The position numbers were made by a program, and so were the translations under genes. Positions 37,470-47,730 of a DNA stretch of 53,843 bases are shown one piece after another. Where the stretch lies: assembly GCA_041752695.1 (NCBI GenBank), contig JBGSVZ010000064.1:1-53843 (forward strand), in the 5' to 3' direction. How positions within the stretch are numbered: position 1 is the first letter of the stretch; each line of letters starts with the position of its first letter. The DNA comes from Terrimicrobiaceae bacterium (GTDB taxonomy: Bacteria > Verrucomicrobiota > Verrucomicrobiia > Chthoniobacterales > Terrimicrobiaceae). Below the pieces are notes generated by a model. The model worked only from the letters and a program-made list of their open reading frames with translations, was not told the DNA's origin and searched no databases.

Positions 37470-38066
37470 ATGTCCCGACGCGTCCCGTTTTTCCTCCTCG
37501 CCTGTCTCGTCCTGATCGGACAGGCCCCCGCCCGGGCTGACGAGTGGACCACCCTAGAAAATTGCGAATTTGTGGCGGCCAAATACCACGACGGGGACAG
37601 TTTTTCCCTCCGCACCCGCAAGAAAGGCTCCTCCCGCACCTACACCTACATCTTCCGCCTCTACGGGGCGGATTGCCCGGAGTCCGACGCCGAACAGGAA
37701 CCGCTTCGCATCGTCGAACAAGCCCGCCACTTCCGCCTTCCGCCGGCCGACATTTCCCACTGGGGCCGCGTCGCCGCCGACTTCACCGAGGAAACCCTGA
37801 AGTCGGCCAAATCCATCACCGCCATCACCCGGAAAACGGAAGCTGGCGGACAGAGCCGCAAAAACCGCTACTACGCCTTCATCGAAGTGGATGGCCGGGA
37901 CCTCGCTGTGCTCCTGGTCGAAAAGGGCCTTGCCCGCGCCTTTGGTCAGTCGACCGCATACGGCGGCCAGTCGGCCGACCAATACGCCCGCCTCCTCGAA
38001 CGCAAGGAACGCACCGCCAAACGCGACCGCGCCGGCCTCTGGAGCGTGGCCCAACTTCCCCAGTAA
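37470..38066 (+). CDS. Exported thermonuclease (SNase-like)
   Basis: Signal peptide; DGDS, RLYGADCPE, RYYA..DG.DL...LVEKGLAR, ERTAK..AGLW. Confidence 0.88.
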   Translation: MSRRVPFFLLACLVLIGQAPARADEWTTLENCEFVAAKYHDGDSFSLRTRKKGSSRTYTYIFRLYGADCPESDAEQEPLRIVEQARHFRLPPADISHWGRVAADFTEETLKSAKSITAITRKTEAGGQSRKNRYYAFIEVDGRDLAVLLVEKGLARAFGQSTAYGGQSADQYARLLERKERTAKRDRAGLWSVAQLPQ

Positions 38067-38069
38067 ATT

Positions 38070-38591
38070 ATGCCCATCTACGAATTTTACTCACCCGACA
38101 CTCACCGGATTTACAGCTTCCTGGCCCGCTCCCTCGCCCAGGGCAGAGAGACCCCGCGCTGCCCGGATCGACCAAAGGCCCGCATGGAGCGCCTCGTCTC
38201 CCGCTTTGCCGTCACCGGCCGCGCGAAAGAAAAGGCCGATACCCCCACCGAAGGTCCCCTCGACCCGCAGATGGAACAGGCCATGGCCGAAATGGAACGC
38301 GAGATGGCCACCATGAATGAGGAGCACCCTGACCCCCGACAAATCGGACGTCTGATGCGAAGAATGACCGCCGCCACCGGTCGGAAACTTCCCGAGGCCA
38401 TGGAGCACATGATCCAGCGCCTCGAAAAAGGCGAGGACCCCGAGCGGCTCGAAGAGGAATTCAGCGACTCTTTTGCGAACTTCGAGGAAGAATTCGGCGA
38501 AGAAGCCGCCCAGGCCCTCGGACTCCCCACTCGGAAAAAAACCGCTCCGATTCGGGACCCGAAACTCTACGAAATGGCCGATTATGTGTAA
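38070..38591 (+). CDS. FmdB-like (MPIYE) protein with degenerate zinc ribbon
   Basis: MPIYEFY start, PRCPD..MERLVSRF; helical acidic C-terminus. Confidence 0.75.
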   Translation: MPIYEFYSPDTHRIYSFLARSLAQGRETPRCPDRPKARMERLVSRFAVTGRAKEKADTPTEGPLDPQMEQAMAEMEREMATMNEEHPDPRQIGRLMRRMTAATGRKLPEAMEHMIQRLEKGEDPERLEEEFSDSFANFEEEFGEEAAQALGLPTRKKTAPIRDPKLYEMADYV

Positions 38592-38610
38592 CGGTCACAG
38601 GAAAGGAAAT

Positions 38611-38712
38611 TTTTACAAAAGATAACGAAGGAAACAAAGAGAGGAGGGAGGTGCTTGCCACTTGCCCCAATCCTTTCCCCTGGCTTCGTTCCCTCTGTTC
38701 CCTTCTGTAAAA
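38611..38712. repeat. Nonamer-repeat inverted-repeat element (family A), both arms
   Basis: Left ttttacaaaagataacgaaggaaacaaag (38611-39); reverse complement of right arm (38684-712) ttttacagaagggaacagagggaacgaag; between convergent genes. Confidence 0.7.
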
Positions 38713-38719
38713 GGTTCCC

Positions 38720-39616
38720 TCAATCCGGATTTGGTGCCACCACCACCTGCCTTCCACGGATCACGGTAAAGACGTAAATCGCGATGGCCACCCAGATCAG
38801 CGCGAAGGTCACGGCCTCGCGCAGGGTGAAGGGCTCCCGGAAAACCAGCACCCCAACGGCGAGCTGCAGCGTCGGTGCGATGTATTGCAGAAAGCCCATC
38901 GTGGTCAGAGGCAACAACTTGGCTGCGCTGTTGAACCACAACAACGGCAGGGCGGTAATCAGGCCCGCCCCCAAAAACAGCGCGGTCATTCCCGTCGTCT
39001 GCCCGAAAACCTGCGCGCCGCTGCTCCTCACCCACCCGAGCACCACCAACGCGACCGGCGCCATCCAGGCTGTTTCCAGCAGCAGCCCCACCAGCGGAGC
39101 CACCGCCACCACTTTGCGCAAAAGCCCGTAGAGGCCAAACGTGCAGGCGATCCCCACGGCAATCCACGGGAAGGTCCCGAGGTGCCACCCGTAAAACAAC
39201 ACCCCGCACGCCGCCAACCCGACCGCCACCGTCTGCCAGCGCGTGAGGCGTTCCTTCAAAAAGACGAACGCGAGCAGGATGTTCACCAGCGGGGTGAGGA
39301 AATACCCCAGACTCGCCTGCACCACCTGCCCAATCGTCACGGCATAGATAAAAAACCCCCAGTTCGTGCTCAGCAGCGTCGCCGTCAGCAACAGCATGGC
39401 AGCCCGCCCGGGCGTCCGGATCACCGCCACCACCTCCCGGCCCTGACGCATCACCGCGACAAACCCAGCCAGCACCACCAGGGACCACACCACGCGGTGG
39501 CTTAGCGTCTCCCACGGCGTCACCGCCGCGAACGGCTTCCAATAGAGGGGAAATAACCCCCAGCTCACAAAGGCCAGCACCGCATACCAAAGACCGAGCG
39601 GTGAAAGCGGAGACAT
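38720..39616 (-). CDS. rarD: EamA/DMT transporter RarD
   Basis: [47 protein letters not shown]; start ATG 39616. Confidence 0.9.
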   Translation of the reverse strand: MSPLSPLGLWYAVLAFVSWGLFPLYWKPFAAVTPWETLSHRVVWSLVVLAGFVAVMRQGREVVAVIRTPGRAAMLLLTATLLSTNWGFFIYAVTIGQVVQASLGYFLTPLVNILLAFVFLKERLTRWQTVAVGLAACGVLFYGWHLGTFPWIAVGIACTFGLYGLLRKVVAVAPLVGLLLETAWMAPVALVVLGWVRSSGAQVFGQTTGMTALFLGAGLITALPLLWFNSAAKLLPLTTMGFLQYIAPTLQLAVGVLVFREPFTLREAVTFALIWVAIAIYVFTVIRGRQVVVAPNPD

Positions 39617-39821
39617 TCGCCAATCCTGCCGCGCCTCCCACTGCTGCGGAAGCAAAGATTGGCTCCGGAAAAACACCCGTATCGCCACTGGCCCAAAGGG
39701 CCGCAATTCCAAAGCCCGGTCCGCAGGGCCGGGGAGAGGAAAAAAAGGTTGCGGGCTGAAAGTCCGCGATTTTCTGCGCTATCGGCATGGAAAATTCGCC
39801 AAAAACACGGATTATTTTCCC

Positions 39822-40760
39822 ATGCAACTTCACGGCATCCACCACCTCACCGCGATCACGAGCCGCGCCCGCGAAAATCATGATTTTTACACCCGGACCC
39901 TTGGTCTGCGGATGGTCAAAAAAACGGTGAATCAGGATGATGTCTCCGCCTACCATTTGTTTTATGCCGATGGCCTGGCTTCACCGGGCAGCGACCTGAC
40001 GTTTTTTGACTGGCCCTTGCCCCGGGAACAGCGCGGCTCGCATAGCATCACCCAAACGGGGCTGCGCGTGAATGGCGAAGGTGCCCTCCATTGGTGGGTC
40101 AAAAGGTTCGACGAACAAAATATCCTCCACTCCGGCCTGCAGGAGCGCGATGGCCGGAAGGGTGTGGATTTTGAGGACCTGGAAGGGCAGCGGTTCTGGC
40201 TGGTGAACGATGCGGGTACAGGCAACGCGCACCCGTGGGAAAAAAGTCCCGTGCCTCCGGATCACCAGATTCGCGGACTCGGCCCCATCACCCTCAGCGT
40301 GCCCAAACTGGGGCCCACGGACGCGGTCCTGCGTGAGGTGATGGGCATGCGTCTGGTGCGCCACTACGAAGCCGGACGCGCCGTGGTCGCGGTTTATGAG
40401 ATGGGACCGGGAGGGCCGGCGGCTGAACTCCATGTGGCCGAAGAACCCAACCTCGCCCCGGCAATGCAGGGCGCGGGAGGGGTGCATCATGTCGCCTTCC
40501 GCACGACACAGTCCGAATACCAAGCCTGGGCCGAACGGCTGGAAGAATTCCGCATGCCCTCCAGCGGGCCGGTGAACCGGTTCTATTTCCAGAGCCTGTA
40601 TTTCCGCGAACCTAATGGCATCCTTTTCGAAATCGCCACAGACGAACCCGGTTTCACCGCGGATGAGCCCCTGGAAACTCTCGGCGAAAAACTCTCCCTC
40701 CCGCCTTTCCTCGAACCCCGCCGCGCCCAGATCGAAGCGGGGTTGAAACCGCTGGAGTGA
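39822..40760 (+). CDS. Ring-cleaving dioxygenase / VOC protein (MhqO/PcpA-like)
   Basis: [51 protein letters not shown]. Confidence 0.9.
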   Translation: MQLHGIHHLTAITSRARENHDFYTRTLGLRMVKKTVNQDDVSAYHLFYADGLASPGSDLTFFDWPLPREQRGSHSITQTGLRVNGEGALHWWVKRFDEQNILHSGLQERDGRKGVDFEDLEGQRFWLVNDAGTGNAHPWEKSPVPPDHQIRGLGPITLSVPKLGPTDAVLREVMGMRLVRHYEAGRAVVAVYEMGPGGPAAELHVAEEPNLAPAMQGAGGVHHVAFRTTQSEYQAWAERLEEFRMPSSGPVNRFYFQSLYFREPNGILFEIATDEPGFTADEPLETLGEKLSLPPFLEPRRAQIEAGLKPLE

Positions 40761-40765
40761 GGGAT

Positions 40766-40917
40766 TTTTTACCGCGGATTACGCGGATTGCGCGGATGGA
40801 TTTTGCAGGACAGGGATCAAAGTGCAAACAGCCCGCGGCAACATGGCATTCCCGTTCAACCGGATTTGCCGACTCCTGCCTTTTTATCTGGGTTATCTGC
40901 GCCATCCGCGGTTAAAA
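40766..40917. repeat. Nonamer-repeat inverted-repeat element (family B, CGCGGAT core)
   Basis: ttttt accgcggat tacgcggat tgcgcggat (40766-97) versus atctgggtt atctgcgcc atccgcggt taaaa (40886-917); between convergent genes. Confidence 0.72.
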
Positions 40918-40925
40918 CTCTTCTC

Positions 40926-41864
40926 TCAGGGCAGCTTCACGCCGCGGGCGGCGCGGAGGATGTGATACCAGGTTTCGCGGTCCATCTCGATTTCGGTGGC
41001 GCGGACCGCGTTGCGAATATTTTCCGGCTTCACCGTACCGACCACCGGAACAATTCCGCTCGGGTGACGGAGCAGCCAGGCCAGGACAATCACCGTGCGG
41101 TCCACCCCGTGAGCTTCGGCAAATTTGTCGAGGACAGCGAGAAGTCCGGCCACGTGCGGGGGGGCATCCGCCGCGGGAACGGCTCCCGCCGCCACGCGAC
41201 CCTGCGCCACCGGGCTCCAGGCCATCGGCGTGATGTCCCGTTCGAGACATTGGTCGAGGGTCCCATCGGTGAAACAATCGAGACGCAGCGGGTGGATTTC
41301 GACCTGATTGACCAACAGCGGGGCATCGAGCGCGCTCTGCACCATGGAGAGCAAGGACGGACGGAAGTTGCTCACGCCGAATTCCCGCACTTTTCCCGCC
41401 TCGTGCAGGTCGTGGAAGGCGAAGGCAATTTCCTCGGGGTCCGCCAGAAAATCCGGGCGGTGGAGCATGAGAAGGTCAATCGTTTCCACGCCCAGGCGCT
41501 GCAGGGAGCCTTCCACCGATTCAATAATATGCCGGTGGGAAAAGTCATATCGATGCGGCATGCCCACGGTGGGCTCGTCCTCGAAACAAATGCCGCATTT
41601 CGTGGCGATCACGAGATTGTCGCGCCAGTCCGGGTGCAGCTTGAGCGCCTCGCCGAAGATGCTCTCGCACGCGGTGTCGCCGTAGATGTCGGCATGGTCG
41701 AAAAACGTGAACCCTGCCTCCACCGCCGCTTCCAGGGAAGCGATGCCGCGCTGGATCACCTCGGCGTCCACCTTCGTGCGATCCCAGGAACCGGAGAGGC
41801 GCATGCAGCCATAGGCCAGACGAGAGACGGAAATTTCACTGGAACCAAGGACCTGGGTTTTCAT
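40926..41864 (-). CDS. Aldo/keto reductase (YdhF-like)
   Basis: LAYGCMRL, FDHADIYG, ATKCGI, LHRPD, GVSNF, NQVE, AWSP, AWLLRHP. Confidence 0.92.
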   Translation of the reverse strand: MKTQVLGSSEISVSRLAYGCMRLSGSWDRTKVDAEVIQRGIASLEAAVEAGFTFFDHADIYGDTACESIFGEALKLHPDWRDNLVIATKCGICFEDEPTVGMPHRYDFSHRHIIESVEGSLQRLGVETIDLLMLHRPDFLADPEEIAFAFHDLHEAGKVREFGVSNFRPSLLSMVQSALDAPLLVNQVEIHPLRLDCFTDGTLDQCLERDITPMAWSPVAQGRVAAGAVPAADAPPHVAGLLAVLDKFAEAHGVDRTVIVLAWLLRHPSGIVPVVGTVKPENIRNAVRATEIEMDRETWYHILRAARGVKLP

Positions 41865-41871
41865 ACCCCTT

Positions 41872-41942
41872 TTTATGCCTCGCGCACCGGCGAAAGGCAA
41901 TGAGCTGTTCTTCGTGCGGACGGTGCCGTTTCGAGCTAAGTT
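41872..41942. promoter_or_regulatory. Back-to-back divergent sigma70-like promoters
   Basis: Minus: TTGCCT-N17-CATAAA-N7-ATG(41864); plus: GTGCGG-N17-TAAGTT-N8-ATG(41951). Confidence 0.4.
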
Positions 41943-41950
41943 CGCCCTTC

Positions 41951-42553
41951 ATGGAACTCGATCTCGAAAACGAACATGCCGACCGCGCTTATCCCCTTCT
42001 GGCCTCGCTGGTTGTCCCGCGGCCCATCGCCTGGGTGACCAGCATCAGCAAGGACGGTGCAGTGAACGCCGCGCCGTTCAGTTTCTTTAACGTGCTCGGA
42101 GCCCATCCGCCCATCATCGGTTTCTGTCCGGGCGACCGGGCGGAAGGGGTGCCCAAAGACACCGCCCTGAATATCCGGGCGACCCGGGAATTTGTCGTCA
42201 ACCTCGTCGATCAGGATCTCGCCGCGGCGATGAACCAAACCGCCGCGTCTTTGCCTCATGGCGTGAGCGAACTCGATCACGCTGGACTCACCACGGCCCC
42301 TTCTTCCGTGGTCCGCCCGCCCCGCATCGCGGAAGCCCCGGCCAGTCTCGAATGCGTCGAATGGGGCACTCTGCAAATCGGCGATAACCGCCTCATCATT
42401 GGCCTTGTGAAACGCGTCCACGTCCGCGACGAACTTTTTGATCCCGAAACCCTGCGGATTCGCGTCGAGCGTTTTCACCCAGTCGGACGCATGTCGAGCC
42501 CGGACTGGTATTGCCGCACGGACGACCGCTACGAGATGAAACGTCCCGCGTAG
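41951..42553 (+). CDS. Flavin reductase-like FMN-binding protein (DIM6/NtaB family)
   Basis: VVPRPIAWVTS, NAAPFSFFN, KDT..NI..T.EFVVN, PRIAEAP..LEC. Confidence 0.9.
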   Translation: MELDLENEHADRAYPLLASLVVPRPIAWVTSISKDGAVNAAPFSFFNVLGAHPPIIGFCPGDRAEGVPKDTALNIRATREFVVNLVDQDLAAAMNQTAASLPHGVSELDHAGLTTAPSSVVRPPRIAEAPASLECVEWGTLQIGDNRLIIGLVKRVHVRDELFDPETLRIRVERFHPVGRMSSPDWYCRTDDRYEMKRPA

Positions 42554-42592
42554 AATCGGCAAACTCACGTTTGCCGCTACGGGGAAAACGCC

Positions 42593-43033
42593 TCAATCGC
42601 GATGATACGGCAGGCCCGCCAGAATCGTGTGGGCGCGGTAGAGCTGCTCCAGGGCCACGACAAGGGCCAATTCGTGTTGAAGGGTCATCGGGCTGAGTGA
42701 CCACAGCAGATCCGCCTTCGCGCGCACGGAGGAAGCGTGGCCGTCCGATCCTCCGATCAGAATCGAGCAGGTCTTGCGGGGGTGGACGGTGATCTTTTCC
42801 ACCTCCGCGGCAAACGCCCGGCTGGAAAAAAGTTTACCGCGTTCGTCGAGCACCAGACGGAAACAATCCTCGCTCAACGCCAGCAACCGCTCGCCCTCGC
42901 GGGCGGGGTCGGAGGCCTTGATATGCTCGACCTCCACCGGGGCGAAATTCTTTAACCGCCCGAGGTATTCGTCCGCCCCGTCGCGGGCGTAAGCAAGTCG
43001 GGGTTTGCCGACAAGGACGAGGCGCCAGCGCAA
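42593..43033 (-). CDS. rlmH: 23S rRNA m3Psi1915 methyltransferase
   Basis: VGK, EY..RL, LDERGK..SS, IGGSDG, SLSPMTLQH, EQLYRA, PYHR; TTG start at 43033 assumed. Confidence 0.92.
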   Translation of the reverse strand: MRWRLVLVGKPRLAYARDGADEYLGRLKNFAPVEVEHIKASDPAREGERLLALSEDCFRLVLDERGKLFSSRAFAAEVEKITVHPRKTCSILIGGSDGHASSVRAKADLLWSLSPMTLQHELALVVALEQLYRAHTILAGLPYHRD

Positions 43034-43040
43034 GGCAAAT

Positions 43041-43934
43041 TCAGGAGGCGTGCGGCACGGGATTAAAATCCGCCGCGTGATAAGAACTGCGCACCAACGG
43101 TCCGCTGGCCACAAACTCAAAACCTTTGTTTCGCGCGATGTCGCCGTAGGCGTTGAACATTTCCGGCGTGATGTATTCCACCACCGGAAGGTGCTGCGGC
43201 GTCGGACGCAAATATTGTCCCATGGTCAAGACCTGCACCCCCGCCTCGCGCAGATCGTCCATCGCCTGGAAGATCTCGTTTTCCGTCTCGCCCAGCCCGA
43301 GCATCAGCCCGCTCTTGGTTACGGTGGAGGGCAGGAGTTCCTTGGCTCGCTTGAGAAACGCCAGGGACAAATCGTATTTTGCCCGCGACCGCACTAGCGG
43401 AGTGAGGCGTTCGACGGTTTCCAGATTGTGATTAAAAATATGCGGCCGCGCATCGAGCACCTTCTGCAGGGCAAAATCCTTGCCGTTGAAATCCGGCGTC
43501 AGCACTTCGATGACAATCTTCGGATCCCGCGCGCGAATGGCCTCGATGGTCTGCCGGAAATGCTCCGCCCCACCATCCGCCACGTCGTCCCGCGCCACGG
43601 CCGTGATCACGACATGCTTGAGTTTGAGCCGGCTCACCGCCTCCGCCACCCGCTCGGGTTCGTCCGCTTCGAGGGCGAAAGGTTTGGCCGTGGACACCGC
43701 GCAAAACCCACACGCCCGCGTGCACCGTTCGCCCGCGATCATGAAGGTCGCCGTGCCCTGACTCCAACACTCCCAACGATTGGGACACTGCGCGCTTTCG
43801 CAGACCGTGTGGAGCTTGAGATCGGAAACGAGCGCCTTGGTGGAAAAGAAAACCGGATTCGACGGCAGGCGCACCTTGATCCAGTCGGGCTTTTTGGCCT
43901 GATGAAGTTCGGGATCAATTTTGGGCGCGGACAT
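43041..43934 (-). CDS. lipA: Lipoyl synthase
   Basis: KPDWIKV, CESAQCPNRWEC, CTRACGFC, HNLETV, GQYLRP, VRSSYHA. Confidence 0.97.
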   Translation of the reverse strand: MSAPKIDPELHQAKKPDWIKVRLPSNPVFFSTKALVSDLKLHTVCESAQCPNRWECWSQGTATFMIAGERCTRACGFCAVSTAKPFALEADEPERVAEAVSRLKLKHVVITAVARDDVADGGAEHFRQTIEAIRARDPKIVIEVLTPDFNGKDFALQKVLDARPHIFNHNLETVERLTPLVRSRAKYDLSLAFLKRAKELLPSTVTKSGLMLGLGETENEIFQAMDDLREAGVQVLTMGQYLRPTPQHLPVVEYITPEMFNAYGDIARNKGFEFVASGPLVRSSYHAADFNPVPHAS

Positions 43935-43941
43935 GGCGGAA

Positions 43942-43970
43942 AGAATCGGCGCACCGCCCGCCGCTGTCAA
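43942..43970 (-). promoter_or_regulatory. Sigma70-like promoter of lipA, probably leaderless
   Basis: TTGACA-N17-GATTCT-N7-ATG(43934); no Shine-Dalgarno. Confidence 0.65.
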
Positions 43971-44070
43971 ACCCGGAGGTTTCTCCGCCGAAAAGCGGGT
44001 AGGAATGGACAAAATCTGGCCCGCTTAGGCCGGAGCAGGGTAAGGCCACCAAGAAGGAAATTTTTGGAAC

Positions 44071-44101
44071 CTCCGTTTCCTTCGTGACCTTTCTGTGAAA
44101 A
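44071..44101. repeat. Nonamer-repeat arm (family A), degenerate
   Basis: ctccgtttc cttcgtgac ctttctgtgaaaa, just downstream of recR. Confidence 0.5.
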
Positions 44102-44105
44102 ATCG

Positions 44106-44714
44106 TCAGCCCAACAAACCCCGCCCCGACAGGGCGCGCTGGAGGGTAAGGGGGTCGGCGTGTTCCAGTCCTCCGCCAGCGGGGAGTCCGTGGGCGATGC
44201 GGGTCACTTTTACGCCCGAGGTGGCCAGGGTTTCCGCGAGGAAATGGGTGGTGGCCTCACCCTCCACGTCGGCGCTGAGGGCCAAAATGATTTCGCTCGG
44301 CTGCTCGTTATGGACGCGTTCGACCAGTTTGCCGATGCGGAGCTGGTCGGGGCCGACGTGATCGAGTGGGGCGAGGCGTCCGCCGAGCACGTGGTACCGT
44401 CCGCGAAAAAATCCCGTGCGTTCGATGGGGAGGATGTCGGTCGCATTCTCCACGACGCAGATTTCCGCGCCCACGCGGTCGTCGTCGCGGCAAAATTCAC
44501 AGGTCTCGCCCGTGCAGAAAAACCCGCACGTGGTGCAGGTGCGGAGGTTTTCCGCGGCAGACTGCAACACCGACGCCAGATCCTGCGGACGAGCATCTTT
44601 GGAAGACGCCAGCCAGAGGGCGATGCGCTCGGCGCTGCGGGGACCAATACCGGGGAGGCGGCGCAACTCGCGGGCGAGTTCGCGGAAGGGCTCAGGATAG
44701 TCAACAGGCTTCAT
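44106..44714 (-). CDS. recR: Recombination mediator RecR
   Basis: LPGIGPRSAER, C4 zinc finger (CTTC..CEFC), ICVVE, YHVLGG, EGEAT, RIAHGLP.GG.LE. Confidence 0.95.
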   Translation of the reverse strand: MKPVDYPEPFRELARELRRLPGIGPRSAERIALWLASSKDARPQDLASVLQSAAENLRTCTTCGFFCTGETCEFCRDDDRVGAEICVVENATDILPIERTGFFRGRYHVLGGRLAPLDHVGPDQLRIGKLVERVHNEQPSEIILALSADVEGEATTHFLAETLATSGVKVTRIAHGLPAGGGLEHADPLTLQRALSGRGLLG

Positions 44715-44732
44715 GGTACGCGGCAGCGTCAA

Positions 44733-44762
44733 CCAATGACTTATGACAATTGACCAATGACA
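44733..44762. repeat. Short heptamer tandem repeat (STRR2-like)
   Basis: ccaatga cttatga caattga ccaatga ca. Confidence 0.6.
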
Positions 44763-44769
44763 CCCCGCC

Positions 44770-46038
44770 TTACGCCGGCGTAAAGAGGACCATCTGGTCC
44801 TTCGTCACGTCTTCCTCTCCGCGGCGGCTGCGCTCGACGCGCTGGATGTAAAAATCGAGAGCCGTGTCGGGGATGCCGCTGATGCGGGCCTTGGAAAGTT
44901 CGTCGATGGCCTTGTCCCACTGTTTTTCGCGATAATAAATGACGCCGCGCCAGAAATGGTCCCGGCTCCGTTCGCGTTCGGGGGAAAGGCCGTGTTTCGG
45001 GGCAAGGATTTCGTAAAGTTCGATGCGACGGCGTTCGCCGATGGCTTTGATCACTTCGATGGGGCGGGCCTCAAAGGTCTCCGAGGCCTGCTCAAATGTT
45101 TCGGGACCCACCAGGATCCGGCAGCCATACGTGCCGGAGGCGGCGCAGAGGCGGCGGGCAAATTCCACCGAGGGACCCGCCACGCTGAAACTGGCCAGGC
45201 GGCTGCCGCCATACGCGGCGGCGACCATCTCGCCGGAATTGATGCCGATGCGGAAATCAAACCGACGTTGCCAGAGGGAGTCACACTCGCGGTTGAGATT
45301 ATCCAGGCGGATCATCAGATCCAGCGCGGCGCGGCAGGCCTTCGCGGCGTGCTTTTCATCGGGCATGGGCGCGCCAAAAACGACACGCAGGTTTTCTCCC
45401 GAACATTCATCCAGAAATCCCCCGAGCTCGACCAGATAGTCCGAGGCCGTCTGAAGATACAAATTGGTCATGGCGGCGAAATTTTCCGCCGTGAGCAATT
45501 CCATCAGTTCCTTGTGGTTCTGCACTTCGCAGACAATCACGGTCCCCTCCTGGGAGACACCTGGGAAAGTCACCGGCATGTTGGAATTGACCAGATGATT
45601 GAAGGTTCCGCGCGAAACCCGCTGGCCGAAAAGCCGTTCGATCACGCGTTTGCGCGACCCGCTGCCGCTGCGGCCGTAGCCGAGGCCAATGAAATAGCTG
45701 ACCAAAATCGCCGTTGCCCCCGGGAACGGCGAGTAGAAGACATTGTAAAGCGCGCAGACTTTCGATCCCGAGAAAAGCAGGAAGATCGTGCCCACCGCCA
45801 CCACCGTCTTGAGGATGGGCCGGGTGATGTCCACCGTGGTCCAGGCAATGGCAAAAGCCAGGAACGCAATGATGACCAACTGGAGGCCGGCCGGCACGGT
45901 GATCGGATTGGTCATGCCGTAAATCTTGTCGCGCAGCAAAATGTCCGGCGTGGTGGAGATCCAGCCGGTGGCAAACAGGACCACGACAAGCGCGGCGCTG
46001 ATGATGCCGATCAAAAGGGTGGCCTTGAGATACCTCAT
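44770..46038 (-). CDS. Membrane protein with degenerate class III adenylate/guanylate cyclase domain and C-terminal TPR-like helices
   Basis: About 4 TM helices, F...VS linker, VFGAP, ACRAAL, RIGINSGEMV, ILVGPET, YEIL, GV.YYREKQWDKA. Confidence 0.82.
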   Translation of the reverse strand: MRYLKATLLIGIISAALVVVLFATGWISTTPDILLRDKIYGMTNPITVPAGLQLVIIAFLAFAIAWTTVDITRPILKTVVAVGTIFLLFSGSKVCALYNVFYSPFPGATAILVSYFIGLGYGRSGSGSRKRVIERLFGQRVSRGTFNHLVNSNMPVTFPGVSQEGTVIVCEVQNHKELMELLTAENFAAMTNLYLQTASDYLVELGGFLDECSGENLRVVFGAPMPDEKHAAKACRAALDLMIRLDNLNRECDSLWQRRFDFRIGINSGEMVAAAYGGSRLASFSVAGPSVEFARRLCAASGTYGCRILVGPETFEQASETFEARPIEVIKAIGERRRIELYEILAPKHGLSPERERSRDHFWRGVIYYREKQWDKAIDELSKARISGIPDTALDFYIQRVERSRRGEEDVTKDQMVLFTPA

Positions 46039-46130
46039 GGACGGACTTTTCTGCGGGACTGGTGCGGGCGGCTGCTCATGCGAAGGGACAGATTAAGCGA
46101 CAGGGAGGGCCGGAGGGCAAGCAACGAAAA

Positions 46131-47684
<1,554 letters not shown>

Positions 47685-47730
47685 GCAGAGACCTTATCCG
47701 CCATGGCGGGCCGCCCCGCAAGTGCCTGCT

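Noticed and set aside
38611..40917. Short repeats as a CRISPR array
   Set aside because: No 23-47 bp direct repeats with unique spacers and no cas genes
39822..42553. Dioxygenase, aldo/keto reductase and flavin reductase-like genes as an aromatic catabolic operon
   Set aside because: Alternating orientations, separate promoter candidates, no regulator or hydrolase; common standalone families
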